Of a DNA stretch of 60,000 bases, positions 24,968 through 39,060 are shown piece by piece. The translations under genes were made by a program, and so were the position numbers. The DNA is from Malacoraja senta (lineage: Eukaryota), in the NCBI GenBank assembly GCA_038087875.1, contig CM075992.1, positions 126,001 through 186,000 of the forward strand, read 5' to 3'. The notes beneath the pieces were generated by a model. That model did not search any database and was not told where the DNA came from. It saw only the letters and a list, made by a program, of their open reading frames with translations. How positions within the stretch are numbered: position 1 is the first letter of the stretch; each line of letters opens with the position of its first letter.

Positions 24968-25272
24968 AGGAAGAGGGATGATCTTATAGAGATGTATAAC
25001 ATCACAAGAGGAATAGATTGGGTAAATATACTGTGTATTTTATCCAGTCGGGGAATCAGAACCAGAGGACATAGGTTTAAGGTGAGGGGGGAAAGGTTTA
25101 ATAGGAACCTGAGGGGCAAACATGCATTTGGACAGGTACATGGATAGGATAGGTTTAGGATATGGGTCAAATGCAGACAAGTGGGACTAGTGTAGATAGG
25201 GCATGTTGGTCAGCATGGGCAAGTCGGGCTGAAGGGCCTGTTTCCATGCTGTACAGCTCTATGACTCTATGA
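24968..25272 (+). mobile_element. CR1 3' end fragment
   Basis: RDDLIEMYNI...RTRGHRFKVRGERFNRNLRG, then GGGCTGAAGGGCCTGTTTCCATGCTGT and a (CTCTATGA)n tail. Confidence 0.85.
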
Positions 25273-26004
25273 GCATGTCTGCACCATAATTTTTCCGTGC
25301 ATTTTGTTGAGTGTGAGGATTCGGGGATGGGAGTGGAGGAGTTGATGTGAATGTAGGGAAAATGAAATGGATTATTGTAACTGGGTTGTTAGTCAGTGTG
25401 GATTCGGTGGGCTGATGGGCCCGTTTCTATGCTTTAAGAATTTATAGATGACAGGGTCTCAGTTCAGTAACTGTTTCCCAGAGATTAGGTAATAAAAGCA
25501 GAAAATACCAGAGCTAGTGTGTAGATCAGAAGCATCTGTGAAGAGAAATGTCCCGACCTGCCGAATATCTCCAGCACTTTCTGTTTTTATGTCAGATTTC
25601 CAATGCTCCAGTATGTCTTGCTTTTGAAGCAAAGTTTCTCACTGTATCTCGCTACAACAATAAATCAATACCAATACCAAGTGTAGCCATGTATTTATTC
25701 AGTAATACATATCCATAGACCCAGAGAGTTGGCTTTCTCATTTGCTGAGTTCAGTTTGTTCAGTTGACTGATAGTTTGGAGAAAGCTGCAAACAGGTTTG
25801 GGAGACATCCAGATGTGGAGATGGCTGCACATCTAGTGAGCATGCAGTGGGGATGTAGTGGATGATAGCATTGTGTTGTATTGGAACATGGAAACAGCAC
25901 CAACAAACGGTCTAATCCTTCATTCCTATTTACCTCTCACGTAATGAGTTACGTCAGACTGTGCCCACCATTAACAATGCTTCCACATGGAACTGCCAGC
26001 CACC

Positions 26005-27030
26005 CTTTGTCCCTTCACCTTGCCCCCTCATCCTTGTCCCCTCATCCTTGTCCCCCTCATCCTTGTCCCCCATCCTTGTCCCCCTCATCCTTGTTCCCTC
26101 ATCCTTGTCCCCTCATCCTTGTCCCCTCATCCTTGTCCCCTCATCCTTGTCCCCTCATCCTTGCCCTCTCATCCTGGTCCCCTCATCCTTGTCCCCTCAT
26201 CCTTGTCCCCTCATCCTTGTCCCCCTCATCCTTGTTCCCTCATCCTTGTCCCCTCATCCTTGCCCTCTCATCCTGGTCCCCTCATCCTGGTCCCCTCATC
26301 CTGGTCCCCTCATCCTTGTCCCCTCATCCTCGCCTCTCATCCTGGTCCCCTCATCCTTGTCCCCTCATCCTTGTCCCCTCATCCTTGTCCCCTCATCCTT
26401 GTCCCCCTCATCCTTGTTCCCTCATCCTTGTCCCCTCATCCTCGCCTCTCATCCTGGTCCCCTCATCCTTGTCCCCTCATCCTCGCCTCTCATCCTGGTC
26501 CCCTCATCCTTGTCCCCTCATCCTTGTCCTCTCATCCTGGTCCCCTCATCCTTGTCCCCTCATCCCTGTCCCTTCATCCTTGCCCCCTCATCCCTGTCCC
26601 TTCATCCTTGCCCCCTCATCCCTGTCCCTTCATCCTTGTCCCTTCATCCTTGCCCCCTCATCTTTGCCCCGCTCATCCTTGTCCCCTCATCCTCGCCTCT
26701 CATCCTGGTCCCCTCATCCTTGTCCCCTCATCCTTCTCCCCTCATCTTTGCCCCCTCATCCCTGTCCCTTCATCCTTGCCCCCTCATCCCTGTCCCTTCA
26801 TCCTTGTCCCTTCATCCTTGCCCCCTCATCTTTGCCCCCTCATCCTTCTCCCCTCATCTTTGCCCCCTCATCCCTGTCCCTTCATCCTTGTCCCCTCATC
26901 CTGGTCCCCTCATCTTTGCCCCGCTCATCCTTGTCCCCTCATCCTTGTCCCCTCATCCTTGTCCCCTCATCCTCGCCTCTCATCCTGGTCCCCTCATCCT
27001 TGCCCCCCTCATCCTTGTCCCCTCAGCCCT
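26005..27030. repeat. 14-bp minisatellite (CCCCTCATCCTTGT)n
   Basis: About 1 kb read directly; source of ORFs 25881-27119. Confidence 0.97.
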
Positions 27031-27239
27031 ACCCCTCAGCTTTGTCTCAGACTGCTGCCCTGTGCATTACAACACAAAGACCAGGGGCTAAGCTCGTGAT
27101 CAAATCCTCGGCCCACTGACCTCCTGCTCCACTGCCTGATGTGTCACCTGTCCCAGTGAAGCACACCTTGATGCTGGGTACAGGTGCACTTTGTACCTGG
27201 CCCCTCAGTTTAAGGCTGTGGCCGGCGTTTGCTCAGGCA

Positions 27240-27500
27240 ATTATTCTCTTCAAATCCCAGTTGTGCAGCCAAGGAATTTAACCTCGAATAATTAAATCTG
27301 GAATTATAAATTAATCTCAGCTATGATGACCATGAAACTACTGATTGCTGTTAAAACCGCTCTGATTCACAACCATCCTTTGAAAAGGCAAGGCCTCCCT
27401 GCCCCGGTCTGGTGTGACTCCACACCCACATGTTGACCGGCCCTCTGTTCAGTCATGGTCAGACAGGGCTGGGCAATAAATACTGCCGTTGGCTGCGACC
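27240..27500 (+). mobile_element. Old elasmobranch SINE (same family as 3880-4225)
   Basis: AATCTGGAATT...ATGACCATGAAACTA...GTGACTCCACACCCACA...GGGCAATAAATACTG. Confidence 0.6.
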
Positions 27501-28440
27501 TCTGCCTCCGGCACTTACATGGATCAGTGCTGTAGTATTAGTTTAGTTCATTATTGCCACGCATACTGAGGTACAGTGAAAAGCTTTCTTACATATTTCC
27601 TGCGTATTTCTGAAGCCACTCCACTCAGGAGCAGGTGACGGGCCGGAGTCTGTGTGATGGACAGTGCAGTGCTAGTCCACTGGGACACGTTTACACACGT
27701 GGGACACGTTTCACACGTGTGACACATTACACGTGTGGCAGGTGTGCGCCAGGTGGCCAAGTCATTTGTACAAAACCCACAGGTGAGAGAGAACGTAGTT
27801 GTTGAAACGATAAAGCAGGGGTGGATAGAGACAGTGACAGTTCATTCATTGACCAGACAGACCCATCCCCTGGTTAATGGATGAGGGTGGATCCACTAGC
27901 ACTGAGCCCATGAAGAGACCAATTGTCTCCTGGCCCCAGCGTGGTGCTACCTAGGGATTATAAAATTAAGAACCTCTTCAAAGGAAAACGCTTCTTTCAA
28001 GCGCTAATGACTGGATGAATTATTAACAAAAGTAAAACTCAAGTTATTCCGTAACTCCAGGGGACAGAGTGCTCTCCCTGTCCCTGGTCCCAACATCCCA
28101 CACCTGACCATGGGAAGTGCCTGTCATTCAGGGAGTGCACTGTACTCTTTGAATTACCGATTTGATATTCAGGTTCCATTAGAGGCCAGAGAGGGGTGTT
28201 GTACACAGCTGCTTCTTAAACCAGAAATCACAGCTGTATCCTGCTGTGGTTTTCACTTATCAAAACCGCGGGAAGTAAATCCTCCATAATGGTCTGCAAT
28301 GGTGAAGGAAGTGTCTCCAACATCTACAGATGAGAGGGGACCCACTCGCACCTCACAGGGGGCTGGGGACAAATGGTCAGTAAAACCTGAGGGAATGTTT
28401 GCTTTCTGTGGAGAGATGAGAGGAGCCTTGCTTTGGAGAC

Positions 28441-28560
28441 AGACACAAAGTGGTGGAGTAACTCAGTGGATCTCCAGAGATGCTGCCTGACCCACTGAGT
28501 TACTCCAGCACTTTGTGTCTACATTTGGTATGAACCAGCAATTGCAGTTCTTTGTTTCTA
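28441..28560. mobile_element. Palindromic Penelope-derived short element
   Basis: 29-bp inverted arms at 28441-28469 and 28492-28520. Confidence 0.8.
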
Positions 28561-29239
28561 CAGTCGTTCTTTAGACAATGCTGAAGAAGTCAGGAACTGC
28601 TCAAGGGCGAGGTGGGCTTATCGCTCACAACTATCAATGATCTCTTGAGCCATGACTGAGGCCACGACTGAAGCCATCGAGTCAGTGGGGACCCAAGGGC
28701 TGTCTGTGAGGAGGTGAGGAGGTGGGGATTACAGATTTAAGCGCTGTGTTAGTAACCAGTGTTTGCAGCAAGAGCCCGTGCAGAGAGTGGCAACCAGGGC
28801 CTGATGAGGAGTCTACATGACAACCAGTGGTAGCTTAATTGGCACAAAATTACTTTGAGTGATAGAAACAGAACGTTGGCATTTTAAATAAAGGTAAAAT
28901 ATTTTAACGTATTTAAATTGTGTTTTTACTGTGGTAAACTGTCTGGAGGTGCTTGAAGTGTTTTGATGCCAAATACGGGACGTTATAAAACAGTTAACAA
29001 ACAGCTTGGTCAGCACAGTAACCTTTAGCAAGGCTTCTTGATGGAGAGGGTTCCATGGATCTGGGCTGTGACAGGCAGAAGCAGGCTGACAGTCAGGAAA
29101 AAGCAGTCAGGGAGCAACAGAGAATTTCCCTGGAATTTGGGAAAGGACTATATGTCACTGGGAGAAAGGAACAGCATATAGAAACTATTCAGTGTTGTGA
29201 ACATTGACGGCTACTTTACCCTGTAATGGTACCAATATT

Positions 29240-29680
29240 GGTTATTATAATCACGTGTACCGAGATACAGTGACAAACTTAGTTTTGTGTCAAACATCCT
29301 TGGCATATGAGAGGACTATTCAAGAGTCTGATAGCTGTGGGGAAGAAGCTGTCCCTGTATCTGGTGGAGTGCGGTTTCAAGCTGTTGTATCCCTTGCCCA
29401 ACACTAGAGGGGAGAGGGAATGACCAGGACATGAGCACTGCACTGCCAGATCTTTTTCACACAAAGGGTTGTGAATTTGTGGAATTCTCTGCCTCAGTAG
29501 AGGCCAATTCTCTGGATGCCTTCAAGAGAGAGTTAGATAGAGCTCTTATAGCGGAGTCAAGGGATATGGGAAGAAGGCAGGAACGGGGTACTGATTGTGA
29601 ATGATCAGCCATGATCACAGTGAATGGCGGTGCTGGCTCGAAGGGCTGAATGGCTTATGTATGCCTGCACCTATTGTCTA
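29240..29680. mobile_element. Rex-like 3' fragment (-, 29240-29420) next to a CR1 3' end (+, 29455-29680)
   Basis: RYRDSFFPTAIRLLN on the minus strand; GAATTTGTGGAATTCTCTGCC...GATCAGCCATGATCAC...GGCTCGAAGGGCTGAATGG on the plus strand. Confidence 0.8.
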
Positions 29681-29684
29681 CAAA

Positions 29685-30110
29685 GCGTGTGAGAATGTGT
29701 GTGAGTGTGTGAGTGTGTGAGTGTGTGAGCGTGTGAGTGCATGTTTGAGCGTGAGTGTGCATGAGTGTGTGTGTGACAGTGTGAGTGAATGAGTGTGAGT
29801 GAGTGTGTGTGTGTGACTGTATGTGAGTGTGAGTGAGTGAGTGTGTGAATGTGTGTGCATGTGTGAGTGAGTGTGAGAGGGTGAGCGCATGAGTGTGTGT
29901 GAGTGTGTGTGAGTGTGTGTGAGTGTGAGAGTGTGAGTGTGAGTGAGTCAGTGCGTGAGTGTGTGTGAGAGTGTGTGTGTGTGTGAGTGTGAGAGTGAAC
30001 TTGTGTGTGAGAGTATGTATGAGTGCATGAGTGTGAGTACGTGAGGGTGTGTGAGTGTGTGTGAGTGTGAGTGCGTGAGGGTGTGAGTGTGTGAGTGTGA
30101 TTGTGTGTAA
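29685..30110. repeat. (GT)/(GTGA) compound microsatellite
   Basis: Read directly. Confidence 0.95.
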
Positions 30111-30895
30111 GTGTACAATAAATATCATTTATTACCTCGTGTATCCGTGTAATTACATGGCAAAACATGTATATGTATGTGCACATACGTGTAATGCACA
30201 CACGCCCACACTCATGCACACACGTGTGGATATCTATGGTCACAGAGCACATGTGGAGGAGGGTGATGGTGCTTAGTGGCTGGGGTTGGTTCTATAAAAC
30301 AGCACCTATCAAAGTCACAAGTTGATCTTCAGTATTTCTTTATGCCTCCAAGCTCATTTCCAGAAAGCTCTCTGTTCCTGAGTCAGCGTTTAGCATTTAA
30401 TGTGATATTTAAGTGGGTAATTCGCATGCTAATGTACAACTGCACGCCCCATCGCCACCACACAGCCGGTCCAGCTGTGACTGGACATTGCAATTATGTG
30501 GCTGCACTCCGGCCATGGTCACTAAACAAACACATTGAATCCTTGGCCTGATGGTCCTGTTTCCCCACGATGGATCTGTAACACCTCCTGCAGCCTGACG
30601 CAGCCCTCTCCCATCACACACTGTTAGGAAATACTCCATCACAGAACTTTGGTAATTCTGCTTGTTAATAATCAACATGCAGACACCGTCACACCTGGTG
30701 TTGAGTAAACCAGACATACTAACTGATCTGGTACAAAGCATGATATGGTATGATAACAAAGCATTACATTGGTTAGTAAGTAATGTGGCTAATCTACACC
30801 TTGGTGAACAGAACTTGGCCTCAAACCATTGCTGTCATGCTGAAGTACATGATATGCATTTGCCAGCAAATCTCTGCTGTACATAGTCTGCTTTG

Positions 30896-32935
<2,040 letters not shown>

Positions 32936-33514
32936 CCGTGGCTTGTGTGGATGTTGCGGGGATTGAGATGTTGATCTATGTCTCAGCCTCGATGCTCACA
33001 GCTCAGAGAGAGTGGACTGCATCTGCATTTCTCCTGGTCACTGGCTCCCCTCCAAGGCCCTGCAAATATCCAGCAATATTGAACCTCGTCTTGCAACTGC
33101 CCCAAGACCCATGGGTTCAACTGTTACCTCCGTAACTCCTCACACTTCCCGCAATACCCAGCCTGGAGAGTTATCTCTCTTCCCCTCGCTGTGAAGCTCT
33201 TGTATTTGGCAGGTTTGTGGGCCATCTGTGCACGATGCATGCAAGCCCACACGCTGCCTCCCTCCTGCAATAGATGCCATGCCACCTGTTACTGGACTCA
33301 TTAGCATCCGGCTTTAATTTTGAAACTAGCCATCTCGGGGATAGTGCTGAGCTGAAGACGCAAGGTCAGAAATATGCCTCTAAATCACCGCCCATTTCTT
33401 CATATCCATCGTTGCTACAGAGATTCTTCCAGAACCAAAGCTGCACACAATGGTAGTTTATCCAAACACACTCAGCATTCTCAACACTGGAGGTGGCACG
33501 ACAGAAAGGTTTGA

Positions 33515-33835
33515 GTTCATGAGTTCATAAGTTATAGGAGCAGAATTAGACCATTCGGCCCATCGAGTCAACTCCACAATTCAACCATGACTGATCTATC
33601 TTTATCTCTCAACCCCGTTCTCCTACCTTCTCCCCATAACCTTTGACACCCGTATTAATCATGAATTTATCAATTTCCACCCAATGATGTATTCACCACA
33701 CTCTTGCTAAAGAAATTCCTCTTCATCTTTCCTAAAGGAACGTCCTTTAATTGCGAGGCTGTGCCCACTGGACCTAGACTCTCCCACTAGTGGAAACATC
33801 CTCTCCACATCCACTCTATCCAGGCCTTTCACTAT
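33515..33835 (-). mobile_element. CR1 3' end fragment
   Basis: VKGLDRVDVERMFPLVGESRS..GHSL on the minus strand, with the 3' UTR (AGGAGCAGAATTAGACCATTCGGCCCATCGAG on plus). Confidence 0.85.
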
Positions 33836-34084
33836 TCGTTTCCCCTCAACCCCCACATGTTGATGGGACAGTGTCCTTCTGGCCACCTGACCAAAATCAG
33901 GCATGATCTGACTGAGTAATGCTCAAAAAATCTCCTCTCCAAGTTCTTTGCTCAAAGGCTGATCAATAAGGCAGTGACCATTCAGCCCTGGATCCTGAAC
34001 TACATTGATGTACAATCCGGTACTTTGCAAACTCACGTTGGTGCATTTAGAGGGAGAAAAGCATTTTGTAAAACTGTAAAGGAC

Positions 34085-34396
34085 AAAGTGCTGGAGTAAC
34101 TCAGTGGGTCAGGCAGCATCTGTGGAGAACATGGATAGGTGACGTTTCACAGAGAGTGCTGGAGTAACTCAGCGGGTCAGGCAGCATCTGTGTGGGACAT
34201 GGATAGGTGACGTTTCACAGAGTGCTGGAGTAACTCAGCGGGTCAGGCAGCATCTGTGGAGAACATGGATAGGTGACGTTTCACAGAGTGCTGGAGTAAC
34301 TCAGTGGGTCAGGCAGCATCTGTGGAGAACATGGATAGGTGACGTTTCACAGAGTGCTGGAGTAACTCAGCGGGTCAGGCAGCATCTGTGGAGAAT
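34085..34396 (-). repeat. 66-bp tandem array of a Penelope-derived unit, about 4.7 copies
   Basis: Plus-strand unit AGTGCTGGAGTAACTCAGYGGGTCAGGCAGCATCTGTGGAGAACATGGATAGGTGACGTTTCACAG. Confidence 0.92.
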
Positions 34397-34699
34397 GTGA
34401 AGAGGTCACAAAGTGAGTAAACTGTCGCTGTGCATTCTGTTTTGCATTAGTCATCCAATCATTACAGCCCAGTTCACAATTCGTTAGGTAATTATTTTTC
34501 CTTTTATCACCACAGTTTCTTCCTCAATATTTGGAATATCTGTGACATTTATTTTTAAGTGTAGAACAATTTATTCATCTCAACAAATTTAAAAGGGTGA
34601 CACAGTGGCTACATTAGCTACGTTCCCCCACCATCCCAGATCAATCAGTGTCACTGGATCTCACCGGCGTTATGAGTAACTATATTTCCACATGAAGCA

Positions 34700-37692
34700 G
34701 AACATAGAAACATAGAAAAATAGGTGCAGGAGTAGGTCATTCGGCCCTTCGAGCCAGCACCGCCATTCAATATGATCATGGCGGATCATTTAAAATCAGT
34801 ACCCCGTTCCTGTTTTTTCCTCATATCTCTTTTCCTTTAGCCCTAGGAGCTAAATCTAACTCTATTGAATACATCCAGTGAATTGGCCTCCACTGCCTTC
34901 TGTGGCAGAGAATTCTACAGATTCACAACTCTCTGGGTGAAGAAGTTTTTTCTCATCTCAGTCCAAAATGGCCTAAGCCTTAATCCTAAACTGTGAACCC
35001 TGGTTCTGGACTCCCCCAACATCGGTAACATTTTTCCTGCATGTAGCCTGTCCAATCCTTTAAGAATTGTATATGTTTCTATAAGATAGCCTCTCATCCT
35101 TATAAATTCCAGTGAATATAAGCCCAGTCGACCCATTCTTTCATCATATGACAATCCCGCCATCCCAGGGATTAATCTGGTGAACCTACGCTGCACTCCC
35201 TCATTAGCAAGAATGTCCTTCCTCAAATTTGGAGACCAAAATTGCATACAATACTCCAGGAGCGGTCTCACCAGAGCCCTGTACAACTGCAGTAACTGTA
35301 CAACTTGCTCCAAAACTCAAATCCTCTCGCAATTAAGGTCATCGCAGCTCACACTGCCACCCAAACTTGGAGATGTCACAATTCATTTCATTGTCTAAAC
35401 CATTCATTTATATTGTAAATAACTGGGGTCCCAGCACTGAGCCTTGCGGCGCCCCACTAGCCGCTGCCTGCCATTCCTACTCTTTGCTTCCTGTCTGCCA
35501 ATCAGTTCTCTATCCATGTTAATACCCTACTCCCAATACCATGTGCTCTAATTTTGCACACTAATCGCTTGTGTGGGACCTTGTCAAAGGCTTTTTGAAA
35601 GTCCAGATACACCACATCCACTGGTTCTCCCTTATCCATTCTACTTGTTACATCCTCAAAAATCCAAAAGATTAGTCAAGCATGGTTTCCCCATCATAAA
35701 TCCATGCTGACTTTGACCGATTCTGTCTGCTTTCCAAATGCGCTGCTATAATATCTTTAATAATCGACTCCAGCATCTTCCCCACTACCGATGTAAGGCT
35801 AACTGGTCTATAATTCACCGTTTTCTCTCTCCCCCCTTTCTTAAAAAGTGGGGTTACATTGGCTACCCTCCAGTCCACAGGAACTGATCCAGAGTAAAGA
35901 GAACATTGAAAAATGATCATCAATGCATCCACGATTTCTAGGGCCACCTCCTTGAGTACTCTGGGATGCAGACCATCAGACCCTGGGGATTTATCTGCCT
36001 TCAGTCCCAACAGTTTACCTAACACCATTTCCTGACTAATGTGGATTCCCTTCAGTTCCTCCCTCCCACAAGATCCTCGGTCCCTTAGTATTTCTGGGAG
36101 ATTTTTTGTGGCTTCCTTAGTGAAGACAGAAGCAAAGTACTCGTTTAACTGTTCTGCTATTTCTTTATTTCTCATTATAAATTCACCTGTCTCTGATTGT
36201 AAGGGACCTACATTTGTCTTCACTAATCTTTTCCTTTTTACATATCTAAAGAAGCTTTTAGAGTCTGTTTTTATATTCCCAGCAAGCTTTCTTTCATGCT
36301 CTCCCCCCCCCCTCTTAATTAACCCCTTTGTCCTCCTCTGTTGAGTTCTAAATTACTCCCAGTCTTCTGGTTTGCTGCTTCCTCTGGCCAATTTATATGC
36401 CTTTTCGGATTTACCACTATCCTTGATTTCCCTCGATAGCCACGGTTGAGCCGCCTTCCCAGTTTTATTATTTTGCCAGACAGGGATGAACAATTTTTGG
36501 AGTTTTGTTTAATTTAGTTTGGAGATACAGCATGGAAACAGGCCCTTCAGCCCACCGGGTCCGCGCCGACCAGCGATCCCCGCATATTAACACATTCCTA
36601 CACCCATGAGAGACAATTTTTATATTCACCAAGCCAATTAACTACAAATCTGTACGTCTTTGGAATGTGGGAGAAAACCGAAGATCTCGGACAAAACCCA
36701 CACAAGTCACGGGGAGAACATACAAACAGCACCCGTAGTCGGGATCGAACCCGGGTCTCTGGCGCTGCATTCGTTGTAAGGCAGCAACTCTACCGCTGCG
36801 CCACCATGACTGCCCGAGTTCATCCATGCAGTCTTTAAATCTTTGCCATTGCATCTCCACCGTCAACTCTTTAAGCATAATTTGCCCATCTATCCTAATC
36901 AATTCTCATCGCATACCGTGAAAGTCTCCTTTATTCAAGGTCAGGACCCTAGTCTCTGAATTAACCATCACTCTCCATCCTAATGTAGAATTCCACCATA
37001 TTATGGTCACTGTTGCCCAAGGGGCCTTGCACAACAAGATCGCTAACTAATCCTTCCTCATTACACAATACCCAGTCTAGGATCGCCTGCCCTCTAGTCA
37101 ATTCCTCTACATACATTTCCTGTATACATTCCAGGAAATCCTCCTCCTCAGTGCTGTTCCCAATTTGGTTGGCCCAATCTATATGTAGATTAAAGTCACC
37201 CATGATAACGCTGTACCTTTGCTACATGCATCCCTAATTTCCTGCTTGAAGCTATCCCCAACCTCCCTACTGCTGTTTGGTGGTCTGTACACAACTCCAA
37301 CAAGCGTTTTCTGCCCTTGGCTATTTTGCAGTTTTACCCATACCGTTTCTACAGCATCCAAGCTAATGTCTCTCCTTGCCATTGCATTAATCTCCTCTTT
37401 TACCAGCAATGCTGCTTCCTTTCTGTCTATCCTTCCTGAATATCGAATACCCCTGCATGTTTAGCTCCCAGCCTTGGTCCCCTTGGAGCCATGTTTCCGT
37501 AATTCCAACTATATCATATTCCTTAACTACCAACTGCACATTTGAATTGCTCATTGCATTAATGCTCCTCGCATTAAGGCACAAAGCTTTCAGGTTGTTG
37601 TTTTTTTATCTCCCTTCTACCTTTTGCTTCCTCCTTTTATATCCCTCTGTCTCCTTGCATTGGTTCCCATCCTCCTGCCCTGTTAGTTTAAA
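34700..37692 (-). mobile_element. CR1 LINE covering most of ORF2 (APE endonuclease + RT), disrupted, with a nested SINE
   Basis: CLNARSI...YDIVGITETWL; LVGVVYRPPN; MGDFN; AILDWVLCN...LGNSDHN; KSPGSDGLHPRVLKE...WRVANVTPLFKKG...NYRPVSLTSVVGK; RPLLEYCMQFWSP; (CATAGAAA)n tail at 34700; GTTTAAACTAA (ORF1-end-like) near 37683-37693. Confidence 0.95.
36505..36815 (-). mobile_element. Full-length young HE1-type V-SINE nested in CR1
   Basis: Minus head GGGCAGTCATGGTGGCGCAGCGGTAGAG (A box) and GGTTCGATCCC (B box); TSD GAGTT at 36500-36504 and 36816-36820. Confidence 0.92.
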
Positions 37693-37992
37693 CGTGAAGA
37701 ACATATTAGTACAAATTACGATGAAATCTTCCGACCGGAAGGAGGAATTAAATTGAAACCATGTCTAGCGACCAAAAAGCTAATGCAAGATCGTTGCAAA
37801 GCTTAATTTAGTGCATTCTCCCCTTGACTGTTAGTTTAATTGGCAATTTTCTACTTGATTGATAATGCATAACGGCCATAATGTAATTGGGATGGTTAAA
37901 GGAGATCTGGCAGCATGAGTGTCTGAAGTCACTGCGAGCAAATATTCAAAACTCAACATTAACAATGCAAAGCAGAATGCAATGGTCTAACC

Positions 37993-38088
37993 TTGATGCA
38001 TGGGCTACACTTAATGCATGGTCTACTCGATGCATGGTCTACTCTTGATCCATGGTCTACTCTTGATGCATGTTCTACTCTTGATGCC
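37993..38088. repeat. ~18-bp tandem repeat (ATGCATGGTCTACTCTTG), about 5 copies
   Basis: Read directly. Confidence 0.85.
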
Positions 38089-38227
38089 TTTCATCATGAA
38101 CACCGCAGCATGGATTTGCAAGGTGCTGATGTGTACATCGGTGTGGTATAGAGCTGAATGGCAGCCAAGCACCAAAGACCTTGGAGAGATTTGATTGACC
38201 AGTACTCAATCAGATTATGTAGCAACA

Positions 38228-38703
38228 AGGAACTGCAGATGCTGATTTACACAAAAAGAAAATGCAAAGTGCTGGAGTAACTCAGTGGGTCAGGCAGCAT
38301 CTTTGGAGACCATGGATAAATTAAAATTTGGGTCAGGGTCCTTCTTCAGCCAGACGAAGGGTTCTCCGGAGATGCTTCCTGACCCGCTGAGTTACTCCAG
38401 CACTCTGTGAAACGTCACCTATCCATGTTCTCCAGAGATGCTGCCTGACCCGCTGAGTTACTCCAGCACTCTGTGAAACGTCACCTATCCATGTTCTCCA
38501 GAGATGCTGCCTGACCCGCTGAGTTACTCCAGCACTCTGTGAAACGTCACCTATCCATGTTCTCCAGAGATGCTGCCTGTCCCGCTGAGTTACTCCAGCA
38601 CTCTGTGAAACGTCACCTATCCATGTTCTCCAGAGATGCTGCCTGACCCGCTGAGTTACTCCAACACTTTGTGAAATTTCACCTATCCATGTTCTCCAGA
38701 GAT
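38228..38703. repeat. Palindromic Penelope-derived element whose right arm is a 66-bp tandem array, about 5 copies
   Basis: Left arm 38228-38350 in minus orientation; unit starts at 38403, 38469, 38535, 38601 and 38667. Confidence 0.9.
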
Positions 38704-38760
38704 GGGTTTTTTTTAAAATCAGATAATGTCTGATTTTGATCAGGTAGACAGAAAGAATCT

Positions 38761-39060
38761 TTTAGAGATACAGCGCGGAAACAGGCCCTTCGGCCCACCC
38801 GGGTTCGATCCCGACTACAGGTGCTATCTGTACGGAGTTCGTACGTTCTCCCCATGACCTGGGTGGGTTTTCTCCAAGATGTTCGGTTTCCTCCCACACT
38901 CCAAAGACGTACAGGTTTGTAGGTTAATTGGCTTGGTAAATGTAAAAATTGTCCCTAGTGGGTGTAGGATAGTGTTAATGTGTGGGGACCGCTGGTCGGC
39001 AGGGACCCGGTGGGCCGAAAGGCCTGTTTCCATGCTGTATCTCTAAACTAAACTAAACTA
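38761..39060 (+). mobile_element. HE1-type SINE whose 5' head is replaced by an inverted copy of its 3' tail
   Basis: 38761-38799 is the reverse complement of 39009-39047 (3 mismatches in 39); body starts at CCGGGTTCGATCCCG; (AAACT)n tail. Confidence 0.88.

Noticed and set aside
25881..27119. 370-412 aa ORFs in three frames
   Set aside because: 14-bp minisatellite artefact.
36740..36815. tRNA-like sequence with A and B boxes
   Set aside because: It is the head of a SINE, continuous with SINE body and tail; not a tRNA gene.
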